64,000 nucleotides of DNA from the NCBI RefSeq assembly GCF_009914755.1, contig NC_060933.1; one strand, given 5' to 3'. Position numbers and translations under genes: made by a program. The notes beneath the pieces were generated by a model. The model had not been told where the DNA came from. It was given only the letters and a program-made list of their open reading frames with translations, and searched no databases. Positions 1-14,663 of the stretch are shown one piece after another (positions within the stretch are counted from its first letter, which is position 1; each line of letters begins with the position of its first letter). The stretch comes from the human T2T-CHM13v2.0 reference genome, Homo sapiens.

Positions 1-2633
1 AACCACACCCAGATGCTCACAGTTCTCTGGACAGACCGAGCACTTTCTCCCCTCCATGGCGCCTTAGTTCCTGCGGTTCTGTTTGCCTGGAGGGCCCCTC
101 CCAGCTCCCATTTCTGCCTGGCAAGTTCCTACTTAGCCTTCAGGATCCAGTCCACATCCTCTCCTTGGAGGCCATTATTTAGCTAAGCCCCCTCCTCGCA
201 CTTGGCTCTCACTCACGCCATCCCATGCATCACTCCGAATCATGGTTTGTTGCGTCTGGTCTAGGTCTGGGGATCCTCCATCACCTGACAGCTTGAGGAC
301 AGACACGCTGTCTTAGTTATTCATTTCTGTGTCCCCAGGGCTCAGCCAAGGACCTAGCACACGGTAGGGCCTCTGGAAATATGTGCAGAATGAGTAAATC
401 TGATTGTGTGGACGTGAGCCTGGACTCAGCAAATTGCAACACTTTTAATAGCAAGTCTTCAGACTTGAGGTTCCTATTTTGTCACAGGCCACACTGGATC
501 CCCATTCACATTGACCTCTGAAAACCAAAGCCACCTATTTGAGGCAGGTCCCCTTACCCTCACTCCTGAGGGTCAATTCACCAGAACCATGCCCTGTCCT
601 TGCAGGGGGGTTGGGATGCCTTGTTGGGAGTTTGACAACTTCAGCCACCCTGAGTTACAGAGCTCAGCCCCCATCTCGTTGTCTTCCTATGTTTCCTGAA
701 CCCTCACCTGCCCTGCCCGCCTCATCCCAAAGTCCAAATGCCTTATAGAGCACCTTTGCTACCAGCCACCAGCAGCCTCACTCCAGACTAGAGATGAGCA
801 TTCAGGGGCTTGAGCATTGGTTCCTGAACAAGTGATGGAGTGGCTTCTGCCTTGATCCCTCACAGGGAGAGGAGAGGAACCTCCTGGGCAGGGGTCTTTA
901 TCTTCCCTGCTAGATGAACATCCATCTGGGTGAAATGGAGACATCCCACCTGGTCTTGTTCACAACCTCCCCTGGGGAGGTGCCTGCTGTCTGCTCCCAC
1001 TGCTGCCCTGGTTCCTGTCTTGTGGACTTCTTTACTGCCACCCCCCAGTCACCTGGCGTAAGCCTCAGCTCCCCTAGTCCATGATCACACTGCCACCAGC
1101 GAGGACTCTCTAAAACACACAGCTGCCCCCACCACTCCCTCTCCCGATGCTCCCCAGTGGCTGCCTGTGGCCCTTGGGTTCAAGCCCATTCTTCTCCCCA
1201 CAGAACCAGCTCCTCCCTCTGCCTGCCTCCCTGGGCTCTGTTCCACTGCTTCCCTCCTCAAGCCCTGGGCTCTTGCCAAGCTCAAGTTGCCAGGCCCTGA
1301 CTTTCATCAACCCTCCACCCCTGTGTTCTGAAACCCTGCTCATTCTCCAAGGCCCAACTCCTTAAAGCCTTTCCTCCCACCTCCACCCTGAAGATTTTAC
1401 AGTACAATAGAATCCATGGTGATTGTCTCTGGGTGTTAGGACTCAAGGTGATTTCTCTTTTTGCTCATCTGTACTTACAGTGTTTTCAATAACAAATATG
1501 GAATATTTATGTACTAAATATAAAGGTGTGCTTAGCCCTTCCATGCATTTTCTATTTCCTGCCTTCAAGTAGTTCTTTATTGTCCTCATTTTTACAGAGG
1601 AGGAAGCTGAGGTTCAGTGAAGCTCCATGACTTGCCCAACATAACTAAGCTTATAAGTGGAGAGCTGGGATTTGATCCAGGTCTGACTGTAAGAAATGAA
1701 CTATTAAATTCTAAATGATGGGGCTTCCAAGAATCCTCCTTGTTCCATGGACCAGAAATTTTTTGATTTACTAGATTCTGAATTAAGGAAATAACCTTCT
1801 GTTATTAGTCAGGAAAGGTAAGTGATGCTGCAGTAACAAATTAACCTCAAAAATCTTAGTGCCTTACAAAACAAAGATTGGTTTCTTGTTCATACCACGA
1901 GTTCAACACTGATTCACAGGATTCTTCCATGCACCCCCAGCCCCTTTAGCTTAGAAAGTGATGAGGCTATCTGAATGCTGACAAGCGCTGGGTCCCGCGA
2001 GCTGCTGCTTGGGTCCAGGGGTGATGCTGTGACTTTTGGAGCCCATGCTAGGATTTCTGCGTAGATCACTGAAGCACTCTGTGTTTCTGTTGGGGTTTTG
2101 TTTGTTTGCTTTTCTCTAGTTGGTAATGTTGGTTAAGACACTGACTGGCTTTGGAAAAGCTATATAGATGCTGAAGTTTCCTCGGAAGGAACCACACCCG
2201 TCTTTCATTTTCATAGGTGTTTTCATATCTGGCATTGAATTTATATGCAGTTTATTGAGTGCAGCCTGGTTCATTCATTTGTTCACTAATTCATTCAATC
2301 ATTCCCTCCTCTAACAGATCTTTACTGGGCACCTCCTCTGGCTGACCTGGGATTTGGGAATCACAGAAATGTGGTCCCTGTGCTCAGAGAGCTTTGGCTG
2401 AGATGAATAGTCTCACTGTCAAGTGAACAGAATCTAATGACCTCTAGTAGGCACCTCTTTCAGGCCCTGGGAGGTGCAGCCATTGCCCAGGTAGACACCA
2501 AGTGGGGCCAAGCTTTCCCCTTGGTTTATTCAGCATCTTGTGGATATATTATTTTCTTCAGTGATATTCTCTGTCATTTCTTCTGCTTTACTGCCAAGTA
2601 AATCATTTTGCATCTCATTTTTCCTCCCTTCAG

Positions 2634-2781
2634 CCCAAAGAAGCAAAAGTTGAACCCATAAACACACCTCCAACTCCATCCTCCCCCTTTGAAGACATGG
2701 AACTTTCTGGTGAACCTGTACCCGAGGGGACCCTGGAAACCACCAACATGAGCATCATCCAGCACAGCAGCCCCAAACAAG
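2634..2781 (+). CDS. COL15A1: COL15A1 exon ~6 (148 nt) PKEAKVEPINTPP...IIQHSSPKQ(G)
   Basis: Acceptor ttcctcccttcag; ends CAAG|gcaagt (GC donor); phase 0 to 1. Confidence 0.93.
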
Positions 2782-5202
2782 GCAAGTCCGGATGCACATG
2801 CCTACGTAGTGGCCTTTTATTGGGTGATTACTATGTGTCCAGCCGGGGCCATGTATGTAACATACAGAATCTCATTTAACCTTCCCCTCAACCCTTTAAG
2901 AAAGGGTGAGAACCACCCTCATTTTACAGACAAGAGGAGGAAATTGAGCCACAGAGAAGTTAAGTAACCCAGCCAGGAGCAAACAGCTTGTGAATGGCAG
3001 AGCTGGCATTTGAGCTCAGATAGCAGATCTTCTAACCCCCAGATCTGGAGCTTCTAACTCCCAGATTCTATTCCTTCTGGGGTTTAACAGAAAAGTTTGT
3101 AATAATCCTTGCTCTTTGTTGAATACCTACAGTGTGCCAAGTGTTTGGATATTTTGTCTCCAACACCGACAGCATACCGCCTACTCAGTAGCACTAGCCA
3201 CTATTTTATAGGTGGAAAAACCAACACTTGGAAGAGCTAAGTCCAGAGTCCCCACCCATTCTGACTTTTGCCACAAACTCCCCAACTCTCAGAGGATCAG
3301 CTAAACTCCTGTGTGGCACAAGTGAGAAACTGATGGCCAGAGAGGGGCCAGTTACCCAGCAAGGCAGCAGCAGTCCCTAGGAGAAGAGCTGGTCCCCTGG
3401 CTGCCCATCCAGGGCTCTGGCCCCTGCCTCTTGTCCCCCTACCTGTGCAGAGGAGCACTGGTAAAAGCCCAGGCGTCAAACACTATCCCCCAGGCACTAG
3501 CTTGGCATATGCCCAAGCCCTGAGATCGCTTGTGGTTTCTGTCATTTCTCAGAGGGGCCGTCACTTCAGACTGAAGATGTAAGTACAAGATCATTCCTGG
3601 CAGCACTGTTCTTAGGAACAAAAATAACCCAAACTGCCCACAGTAGGGATTGGTCGGCCAAATTCTATTTCATTCATACATACAGCCCTGACACTGGTGA
3701 TACAGAAGATTTAATGACCCAGGGACATGCTCGTGGTATATTCCACCAAAAAAGCAAATTCCAAAATTATGTCTATGACCCTAATTTTGAATATATGTTA
3801 TTTATATCTATTTACATATAGCTATGTAGAGCGATGTGTGTGTATTAGATACATCACATATTAGACGTAATATTCATCAAAATGTTATAAGCAGTTATCT
3901 CTGAGTGGTAGGATTATGGATGGTTTTTACTTTTTTTATTGTACTTCCGTATTTTATTAATACAAGTCTTCTACAATAATACATATCACTATTCTTTTTG
4001 CTTCTGCCATCAGTTAATGAGTGTTATTTTAACAACTAAATTTGGGGAGTCTGTGGGTCAGAGAAAGTATAGAGAACTGGAGAGAAAAAATTGTAGGATA
4101 ATTTAATAACGTCATGACAGAGCCAAGGAGGCAGGGTGTTGCTGTGGAAATACTGCCCGCTGGGGAGAGTCAGACAGCTTGGAAGGAGGCCCTGCCTAGC
4201 CCCCTATTTGCTGTCGGCCTGGGGCAAGTTGCTGATCAGTTTCCAAGCTTCAGATTCCTTAGCCGTCCTCTGGGAGCATGAACAATCCCCGATGCTGGGT
4301 GGATGAGAGGGCTGAATCTGGCCGCAGTTGTGGAAGTGGCTTCTGAATTGCGAATGCTTTTCTCAGGGGTGGAATTAGGATCTCTCAGCAAGGGGTTAAG
4401 GTGAAGGGGCTGGGGCGAGGGCTTTCCTAGACTGAGAAGATGAGGTCCACGTGGGGACTGGGCTCTGATCCCAACGCAGCTCGCCTGTTCCCGGGATCAG
4501 CCACACTCCTTATCTAGCAGACAAAAGGTCAGTTGAAAGCAATGGAGCTAGCCAAAGTGTCCTTTTCTTCTTGATGTGTAGACAGCCCGGATGGTGGGAG
4601 AAAGCCCTGGCTAAGCAAAGCCCCTAATATTTGCATTCAGAGCTTCCCTGACACCATCGTGACCCGTGGAAGGGGCCACCCCACCTCCTTCTTCCCAGGG
4701 GTCAGTCCTTGGAGGACAGGCAATCGGCTGCTTGCACGGCACCCCCTGGTGGTCAGAGCAGGGAAGACGAGAGTGCTCGACCCGTGCTGGCCACTCTTCC
4801 ATCACAGGATGGGACAGGAGTGGGTGGGGAGGGGGGCAGAGTCCTTTGGAGGATTTGGCACCTCTTCCAGAGTTATTGTGACCATGGGACCTGCGTGAGC
4901 ACAGCGTGTGTGGGAAGGGCCTGGCCCGGGGACAGGCTGACCTGGCTTCAGGGCCCTTCCCAGTCTCAGTCTCATTCCCAGGGTTAATAATACTGAGGTA
5001 TTGATGTGTGGATCCGGCAGGTCACACCTGTCATGGGGTGATAGTGGGATCCCCAACCAGGATCTGCCCACCTGCAGGAAGGTGGTGGGAGGGGTCCCGG
5101 TGGGCAGGACAGGTGGGCCAGCAGGAGGGTTGCTGGAGGGAGTGCATGGGACAATCTTGGCATGGGCCCAGCCATAACAGGCGTGCAGTCATGGTAGTAC
5201 AA

Positions 5203-5850
<648 letters not shown>

Positions 5851-5995
5851 TGCTTTTTAAATTGCAAAAGAAATATATGCATGTGGGAACAATTAAATTA
5901 ATGCTCAGTTGTATAAACCAGAAAAATAATAGTTTCCTCTTCTTACACTCCTATCTTCTGGAAAATATCAGTACTAAACACTGTGGTTTAGCCAA

Positions 5996-6102
5996 GTATA
6001 TAAATATATAAGCACATACATATACATATACATATACATATATGTACATATTATGTATGTCATAATCATTATTACATAACATGAATATGTTATATATATA
6101 AT
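5996..6102. repeat. (TA)n/(CATATA)n imperfect microsatellite
   Basis: catacatatacatatacatatacatatatgtacat... Confidence 0.85.
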
Positions 6103-6538
6103 AATGATACGATATCTATACTCATACTTTTTTTTTCTATTTTACACACGTAAAACCATATCAACAATGAACATTTATCAATTGCTTACTATATGCCAGG
6201 GGCTGTCCTCAATGCTTTATTTGCATTAACTTACTTAGTCCTTGTGACACACAGTACTCAAAACAACCCTATGAGGTAGGAATTATTGTAATTCCCCATT
6301 TCTAGATAAGGAACTTGAGGCAGAAGTTGAGCGACTTGCCTGCAGGTGGTGCCAGAGCCTGGAATGGAAACCACACATGCTTTGCCATGTATGTTGTTCT
6401 GCAACTTGTTTTTTCCCCCTCTTGACCCTGTGTCATGGTATCTGAACATCTTTCCAAGTTAGCTGGTGAAGAGATACCTCATTCTTTTCCAAGACTGCAA
6501 AATGTAGTTATTGATAGCAGAATGCCTGCTTCCTGTAG

Positions 6539-6651
6539 GGTCTGGTGAGATCCTGAATGACACACTGGAGGGGGTTCATTCTGTGGATGGTGACCCCATT
6601 ACTGACAGCGGCTCAGGGGCTGGGGCCTTCCTTGACATTGCTGAAGAAAAG
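6539..6651 (+). CDS. COL15A1: COL15A1 exon ~7 (113 nt) (G)SGEILNDTLEGVHSVDGDPITDSGSGAGAFLDIAEEK
   Basis: cctgtag|GG ... AAG|gtgagt; phase 1 to 0, completing the Gly codon from the previous exon. Confidence 0.95.
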
Positions 6652-7756
6652 GTGAGTAGATGGTAAATTTCATTTGATTAGTCAGTAGTAGGCTTGTTTG
6701 CTTATTTCAAACTTGGTGATGATTTTACTGAGCACCAGAGAGAACCACAAGGGTTTTGGTTGAATAGCATCAAGATTGCTTCTGTCCTCATGGTACAGAG
6801 GAGGTCAGAGTCCCAGGGCCACAGAGGCTCTCCAGGGATGCACAGGACTGGTGGGGGATATGCAGTGCAAGCTTGTCCTCACACTTGCCTGTGATGAGCG
6901 AGCGTCCAGGCCTCACCAATGCAACCCCGCCCTCCTGCTCAGTTGTGAAGGCACATAGCTTTATCAGCCCTTTGAGTCCCCTTCAAGACAGAATCAGATT
7001 AACTGCAGGTGTGTTCATGCTATTGTTTGGTAATTGGCTTTTACACCTGCAAAGCCAGTTTTTGAAATGCTGGGCTCCCTAGGGTGCAAAATTAAAGCAT
7101 AAATAGTTTTCTCACAATGGCCCCTGCTGAAAACCCACAACGCCAGCTCATTCCTTCCCTTCTCCTGGGATGAAAACTTAAGACAGTTCTCACAGCTCTC
7201 TCAGTCACTATCTGGTAACAGTCAATTTTCACAGATATTTAAAAGTCAAGCCCAGCATAATATCAAAAATTCAACAAAATTACAAACACAGTTTCCCCCC
7301 TTCTATACTCAGGCCTACTGTAGACTAGGAAACTGCCAGGAAAGGGAAGCATGGTTAGGGGTTTCCTCTCTATTTTCTTACTTCTCTCTCCTCCTTATCC
7401 TCATGATCTCCCCATCCTCTAGAGCTATTTTTAACATCTGCAGGGGCTGGCCCACCTGGAGAAATGGACACAGTTGTACTTGGCTGGTCAAATTGTGATC
7501 TGGGCTTTTGGTGTGGAAGATGCCTGATTGTTGGAACTCTCTCTTATGGGGGCTTTTGTGGTTCCTGGGAGGTCTTCCTGCAGGGGACCTAGGATCAAAA
7601 TTCCATAGTTTGCCTTGTAACTTCTGCCCGGGCTTCCACCCCATACAGGTTGCCCAGATCTTCTGCGTGGCTCTTTGAGTACAGCCCATTTCAGCCAGCT
7701 CCCTTTGGAGAGATTTTATCTTGTCTATCTCCAGCAAAACAACTGCAGGACAAATA

Positions 7757-7972
7757 CCCCTCCCTTCTCCATCCCCCTCCCCTCCTCTCCCCTTTCCCTC
7801 TCACCTCCTCCTTCCCTCCTCTCTCCTTTTATTCCCTCCCTTCCTCTCCTCTCCTCTCCTCTCCCCTTTTCTCCCCTCCCCTCCTCTTCCCACTTCCCTC
7901 CTTTTCTCTTTCTCCCTCACCTCCCCCTCCTCTCCTCTCCCCTTCCCCTCTCTTCCTTTGTCCCTCTCTCCC
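7757..7972. repeat. Polypyrimidine/polypurine low-complexity tract (CCTCT-like)
   Basis: About 215 nt that are almost entirely C/T on the plus strand. Confidence 0.95.
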
Positions 7973-9152
7973 AACTCTGAATCTAAAGGGCTCCCTCCTT
8001 TCACCTTTTGTCTCCCTGGAGAAAATCAGACACCAGTCCCTGAGCCTCCCAAATTCCAGGAAATACATACCCAGCTCACCAAATGGTTTGGAGTGAGTAG
8101 AGGGGAGGAGAAGAACCGCAGTACACTGAAAATTCTTTCCAAAGGAATTCTTGCTCTCCAGGCACTCAACCCCAAAATGAGTCCTGTATGGTTTCTTACA
8201 CAGCCTAGAGGTAGGAGATGGGCAGGAGCTGGTAGAACGGGTGCCATTTCCTTGTTTTAGCATGGGGAGATTACCTGATGCCTGTGAAATTGCACTTGCC
8301 CTTTGGGGCTTTAGCTGACGCTGAGTTAGAAAGAGTCTCATTTTAACATCCTGGGACCTCAACTTTCCTCTAACTGTTTTTTGAGACAGTAATTCTGCAA
8401 GGATTTAATATATTTTATGAAAAAGGGGCTCTGTGGTCAAATGACTTTGGGAAATGCTGCACTCTACATTCCTCTTTTTATAGATTCTGAGAAATCCTGC
8501 AGCAAGGAAATCTTTTTAACTTTGATTAGCCTGGTGTTTTTTGTAACCAAAAGAACCACATTTTTGCAATAAATAAACAAGCTTTGGGAAATGAAGATAG
8601 AACATAGTTTGCTGTCACCAGCCCCAAAGCTGCTCTCTCTTTCCATTTCTCCCATTGCTATGAAACCTTCAGAGAATCTGCCTGTGCATTCCCAAAGGAA
8701 ACTGAGTCACAGGGAGAGAGAAGAAGCAGGAATGTCTCTGTCTCCCAGCCTAGAGAAGGCTGAGGAGGACAGAGGTGCTGCCTACACATTTCTGAAGCAT
8801 CTTCATGGGCAAAGACATTGTCTAATGCCTTCTGGATGGGTACATGGGGAGGTCACAGGGAGGCAATGGGTTTCAGTAGAAGTATCTAGAGCTAGACCAG
8901 GCTGACTCAGGAGCAGTGATTTCCGTGTTAATGGAGGTGCAAACCAATACTGGGAATCAAACACCAGACATAGGTGCCTGGGCAGTCTTTCCCATCCCTG
9001 GATTTATGAAACCATAGATGTGAAAGTCCTTGAGAGAAAGAAGCTACAGAAATGCAGGTGGCTGGAGAAGGCTAGGCAGTCTGTTCTCACCAGCCACAGG
9101 CATGTTGATGGGAGCCCAGAGACATGGTCTCTTGTGATGCCTTTGTTTTCAG

Positions 9153-9287
9153 AATTTAGCAGCAACAGCAGCGGGGCTGGCCGAGGTGCCCATCAGCACT
9201 GCTGGAGAAGCAGAGGCCAGCAGTGTGCCCACCGGGGGACCAACCCTCTCTATGTCCACGGAGAACCCAGAGGAAGGGGTCACTCCA
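9153..9287 (+). CDS. COL15A1: COL15A1 exon ~8 (135 nt), repeat 1: NLAATAAGLAEVPIS...EEGVTP
   Basis: tgttttcag|AAT ... CCA|gtaagt; 45 codons. Confidence 0.95.
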
Positions 9288-9439
9288 GTAAGTAGCTCAG
9301 AGCGCAAGCTCCCCTTCACCTGTGTCTGGGGTTGTGGGTTGTGTTGGGTGGGAGCAGTCACTGGCTTTCCCTATGTGTCTGTGAAACACAGTGACAGTCT
9401 CATGGGGGCAGTCTGTCGGAGTAAGCACTAAATAGCATT

Positions 9440-10230
9440 GACCCATTCAGTGGCGGTGTGCAGAGCCCTACACTGTGCTGGGCACTAGGCCTGGTTTCAG
9501 GGATGGATAGTAAATAGGATAGACGTGATTCCTGAAGACAGGGTGGTAAGAGGGGCTGTGGTCAGTGGTAGGTGAAGCACAGGATGCCCTGGGAGCACTG
9601 AAAAAGGGGCCCAGAGCCCAGACTCGGGGGCACAGAAGTTTCCTGGGGAAAGGATGCTGAAGGCGGGCCTGAGAGGGTAAGTAGAAGTCGCCTAGCAGAG
9701 GGGGTGGAACAGGTGTTTCAGCAAGGTGGGCTGGCAGGAGCAAAGGCCTGAAGCCTGAAGAAGGGCAGCATACCTGTGGGGTCAAGCGTGAGCCAGGGGT
9801 CGGGGAGAAATGGCTGGAGAGGCTCTAAGGACACAGAGAAGATTCAGCAGAAGTGGGGAGTCACTGAAGGGTAAGAAACAAGGAATGGATGTAGCCAGAT
9901 TAGAATTCCAGAAAGATCACTCTGACTACTGAGAGGAGAAAGGGTGGGGAAGCAAACTTGGAGAAAGAGGCCGGGCTTGGGGGCTGTGTTGGAGTTTGGG
10001 TGAGTGGTGGTGCCAGCCTGCCCTGGGATGTGGCCAACAATGTCAGATCCTCCCAGAAGTCCCAGTGAGCAAGGGGCTGAGAAACATCCATTGAATTTGT
10101 CCATTCACGGTGAGTGGCCTTGGGGAGAGCAGCTTCAGGGCTATCGGAGCGGTGGAAGCCAGATGGCACTGGGCTAGGAAGAGAGTGGGACAGGGAGTGG
10201 TCCACGAGGGTAGACTACTGCTTCAACAAG
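9440..10230 (-). mobile_element. L2 relic
   Basis: Degenerate reverse L2 3' region (cactgtgctgggcact..., ggatttagcca-like, ggtgagtggccttggggagagcagcttcag). Limits approximate. Confidence 0.6.
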
Positions 10231-10597
10231 AAAGCTGTGGAGTCTGAGGACCTAGACTTTTGTTTCAACACAGTGACTTAAGCACCAGTAGAAGCTGCAC
10301 TCTCTGATTAGGGGACACAGCTTGGAAGGGCTATTGGTGAGCACATGCCCCTCGGGGTTGGCAGGGAGTGGCTGGTGGCACACCACACGGGTGGGATGCT
10401 GGGGTGGTCTCGCAGCATGAGTGGTGTGAGGAACCAGGCTTCCATATTTCTGTCTGATGTCTCACTGTGGGTTTCCATGTGAAGTGAGGTCTTGGTGTGC
10501 AGGTGCTTTGAGGGGCCCTGGCCTTCTGTTCCTTACCACAGTGTGGTGGATCAGCATCATGGGGCACTGACGCGGTTCCTGTTGACTTTCTATTCAG

Positions 10598-10750
10598 GGT
10601 CCAGATAATGAAGAGCGTTTAGCAGCAACAGCAGCAGGGGAGGCCGAGGCACTCGCCAGCATGCCTGGGGAAGTGGAGGCCAGTGGTGTGGCCCCCGGGG
10701 AGCTGGACCTCTCCATGTCCGCCCAGAGCCTCGGGGAAGAGGCCACTGTG
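10598..10750 (+). CDS. COL15A1: COL15A1 exon ~9 (153 nt), repeat 2: GPDNEERLAATAAG...GEEATV
   Basis: ctattcag|GGT ... GTG|gtaagg; 51 codons. Confidence 0.95.
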
Positions 10751-11149
10751 GTAAGGATCGTACAGTGCCCAAAGGTTGAGGTCATGGTGGGAGCAGCTCC
10801 TGACCTTCTCAGAGTGTGGGGCTCCTGCTCAGCAAACCCATGGGAGCCTGAGGCACGGGGATCTCTGACCAAATACTCACTTGGGGGTGGAGTTTGCCAA
10901 GGCCTGGGTGAGTGTGGTGAAGCCCCTGGAGGTCAGTGAGCAGCTGGGCCCTGGGGATGGGTGAGTTGCAGAGGTGGGGTTTGTCCCAAGGCTGCATGCA
11001 GGACCCTGCTGCCTCCACCCACAGGGGGTGGGAGCCAGAATGGAGGAGTGGCGGGCTCCTGGAGGGCGATGGGGGATCAGGCAGCAGGCGGCAGGCCCCA
11101 GCAAGGGTCAGAGGGCACGGCCAGGCCTTCCTAGCCCTCTCCTCGTGCA

Positions 11150-12090
11150 GCGCACAGACACTGTCCAGCTCCTGAAGGCAGGGCACATCATCCCAAGGCA
11201 CTTGGCCAGTCTGTCCCTGTGCTGTCTCTACTATGGGTGCCCTCAAGTTCTTCCAGCTCAGCTGATTCAAACCTGAACTCCTCCTTTCCACTCCTCCTAT
11301 GTTCCCACCTCAAATGAATGGGACCATCATCCTCCAGTCACCTAATCCAGAATTTTCTTCTCTCTTCCTTAAGTTCTATATCCCATCAAGCATCAAGTCT
11401 TGTTGATTTTTCTGCCCAAACACATCATGAATCGCCGGCTCTGTCCTCCTCCAATGCTGGCCCCTGTGCTGAGCCTGCCGTGTCCCCAGCCCGGGCAATT
11501 GCTAAGAGCCCTGTCTGGCCTCCTCCATCCTCTCACAGCTTGTCTCCAGTCTTTCAGCCCCACTTCTTGGAAGCTTCCCATCGCCCTTCCCTGCAGACCC
11601 AGCTCCCATACCTGGCCTGAGAGCCCTTGCAGGGTCTGGCCTACCTAGCCTTGCTGACCACCTCTTGGGCCCGTCCTCTCTGCCTCTCAGCAGCACTTCA
11701 GCCACACTGACCTTTTTCTAGTTTCTCCATCATGCCTCTCTTCCTCATACCTCTTCCCTCATCATGCCTCATACCCTCTTCTCTCTGCTGAGAACCTTTC
11801 TCCCTTCTCTCCTCCTTTTAATTCTAGCTTATCCTTTAGAATTCAGCTCAAACACCACTTCCTCAAGAAGATGTCATTCCAGACTGTGAACTCTCCCCAT
11901 TCTTGTCCTCAAAAGGCCTCATCATCATTGTAGTTGATAATGAACTTGGCAAATAGTTCATGTCTGGCTCCCTACCAGAATGTAAGCTCTGCTAGAACAG
12001 AGATTACTGATACAATATTTTGTTCATTGACATACTTCATTCCTGACCAATGATAGGCACTGAATGAGTATCTGCTGAGTGAGTGAATGG
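11150..12090 (+). mobile_element. L2 relic
   Basis: Pyrimidine-rich L2 body ending agaatgtaagctc...taggcactgaatgagtatctgctgagtgagtgaatg. Limits approximate. Confidence 0.65.
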
Positions 12091-12565
12091 CTGGGGTCAT
12101 CAGGACATCACAGATCAACAACGCCGGCCTTTGATGTCATTGCACACACTTGTGCCCCTGGTCTGTCTGTGCTGGTCAGGCAGCCTTCAGCCTTTTAGCA
12201 TCCATGCTGGGAGACCTTGCAGTGTGGCTGGGGGTGGAGGTGGGGGACATGCACTGATGGTGCCACAGGCCACTGGGCAGTTATATGGATTCTTTCAGTG
12301 AACAAAGTGGCTGTCTCCTTCTCCTTCTTCTTCCTCTTCCAGTTGCCCTTTCCTTTCTCCTCCTCTTCTTCTCCACCTCCCCTCCCTTTCCCTGTCTTCC
12401 CCTTTCTTTAATGTCTAGGCACTTACGACAGAGTGGGAAAGCCAGGGATCAGGTTCTACCAAGTCCTAGCTTAATAGAAACTAGAATTTGACCAGCAGGG
12501 TTGTCTGAAGATAGAAGGGCTATCTGTAGAGGTGGTGAGGTCCTAGTTACTGGAGGTGTATCAGC

Positions 12566-13111
12566 TGTAAAGCAAAGAGTATTTGAAACAAGTCTCAGTC
12601 AATTTTGGAAGTTTATTTTGCCAGGGTTAAGGATGCACCTGTGACACAGCCTCAGGAGGTCCTGACAACATGTGCCCAAGGTGGTTGGGGCACAGCTTGG
12701 TTTTGTGCATTTTAGGGAGACATGAGACATCAATCAATATATGTAAGGTGTACATTGGTTCAGTCCAGAAAAGCAGGACAACTCAAAGTAGGGAGGGGGC
12801 TTCCATGTCATAGGTAGATAAGAGACAAACGCTTGCATTCTTTCAAGTTTCTGATTAGCCTTTCCAAAGGAAGCAATCAGATATGCATTTATCTCAGTGA
12901 GCAGAGGGATGACTTTGAGTTCTGTCTGTCCTTTGTCTGTAAGGAATTTCCTTAAGGACAAATTGTGAGGGAGGTATGTACCTTTCTTATCTTAGTAGAT
13001 ACCTTTTAAAGGAATAGCATGGGAGGCCGTTTTGCCCTAAGCAATTTCCATTTTCATTTTTCCCTTTGGCTTAGTGATTTTGGGGGTCCTGAGATTTATT
13101 TTCCTTTCACA
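12566..13111 (-). mobile_element. 3' LTR (MER4A-like)
   Basis: The minus strand begins TGTGAAAGGAAAATAAATCTCAGGACCCC, which resembles the MER4A start as I recall it. Paralogous to 20315-20864. Confidence 0.85.
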
Positions 13112-13124
13112 TTTCCCCCTTTTT
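13112..13124 (-). other. Polypurine tract of the provirus
   Basis: Minus strand AAAAAGGGGGAAA immediately precedes the 3' LTR's TG. Confidence 0.8.
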
Positions 13125-14317
13125 AAAATCTTTCAGATAAAGCATTTTAAAGAAAATGAGTCTCTAGTTTCAGGTTTAGTTGATTTCTCATGGCTAGGAG
13201 GGTTTATTCCTAGACAGGTAGGTCCCATGTTATTAGGAAAGTTCACTTTTATCAGGCTGTGAAGTCTCATGCCCTACAAGAGAAAATAGCGGGAGGGAGA
13301 AAAACAACAAATAAAAAAAGAAGAACAATCCTGGAAAATTGATATAGGTCATATTACTCTGAAGTCCATACATCAGTAGGCAGGTATGAAAGTGGCTTAT
13401 TATGTAAATAGGTTGCTGTTATTTTCCTCTGAAGTTTAAGTTGTCTAGCTTCAGTTTGCAGGGCTTTAAGAAAGCATGGCTTAATTTTAGTGATTTCAAA
13501 AATGGGGAAAAAATGGAAAAGAAGAAGAAGAAAAAAATTTGAAAACATTATTATGGAGACTTGTAGCCAGTACAAATTTTAGAATTCAGTCCAAACTGTA
13601 GAAAATAATAAAAATTGAAAAACATTAGGCAAGACCAAAATCTAACAACAGGTGTTCTATAGTTTATTTTAAAACATAAGTTTTCTCTTTCCAGTCCCAT
13701 TTTCACTAAAGAAAAATCATAGGACAATTTCATTTGCAAATTAAGTTTTAGTCTTATTATACTTGGCCTGAGTATTTGCATAAAGTCAGCAAAAATAGTT
13801 ATTTGCCATATAGGCTCCTCTTTTTTTTTAATTGACTTTGCTGGAGCTTTATTCCATAAAGAATCTCAGATTTGACTTTAAGGCCTTAAGGACAGCCCAT
13901 GCCTGCAAATACCTGTATTAATTGGGTGAAGGCCTCACCTTGAGGTCTCAAGAAAACTTGGGGCTCCTGGACCTGTCAGAAAGTGACATTCTTTACTTAC
14001 CACAGGTCAGGAACCTGTACAGAGATTGTGTAGACAAGGTATGAGGCCAGCTTTCCCAAGGGCTTTTATTGGCTCTATAAATCAACTTTGGTTCCTTAAA
14101 GGAGTCTGTATCTGATAGCATGCCATTCCAGTCAAAACCATGGTAAAATAACCAGTGTCTCCAGCTGTGCTCTGTTACAAAAGAAAACAGATTGTTATCA
14201 CACTTACACAAATAACTATATTGTAAGTTAAGAATACTCACAACTAATTACCAAATTTTTGGAGAGATCAGGTAGAAATATGCTCCAAATTTTGTTTATA
14301 TGAGTATATTTTACTCA

Positions 14318-14663
<346 letters not shown>

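Noticed and set aside
7650-8362. Overlapping 100-179 aa ORFs on both strands
   Set aside because: Artefact of the stop-free C/T low-complexity tract; the products are P/S/L- or G/E/R-only.
9440-12090. Oppositely oriented L2 relics flanking exon 9 as a pairing element
   Set aside because: Too diverged; I could not find an extended complementary stretch by eye.
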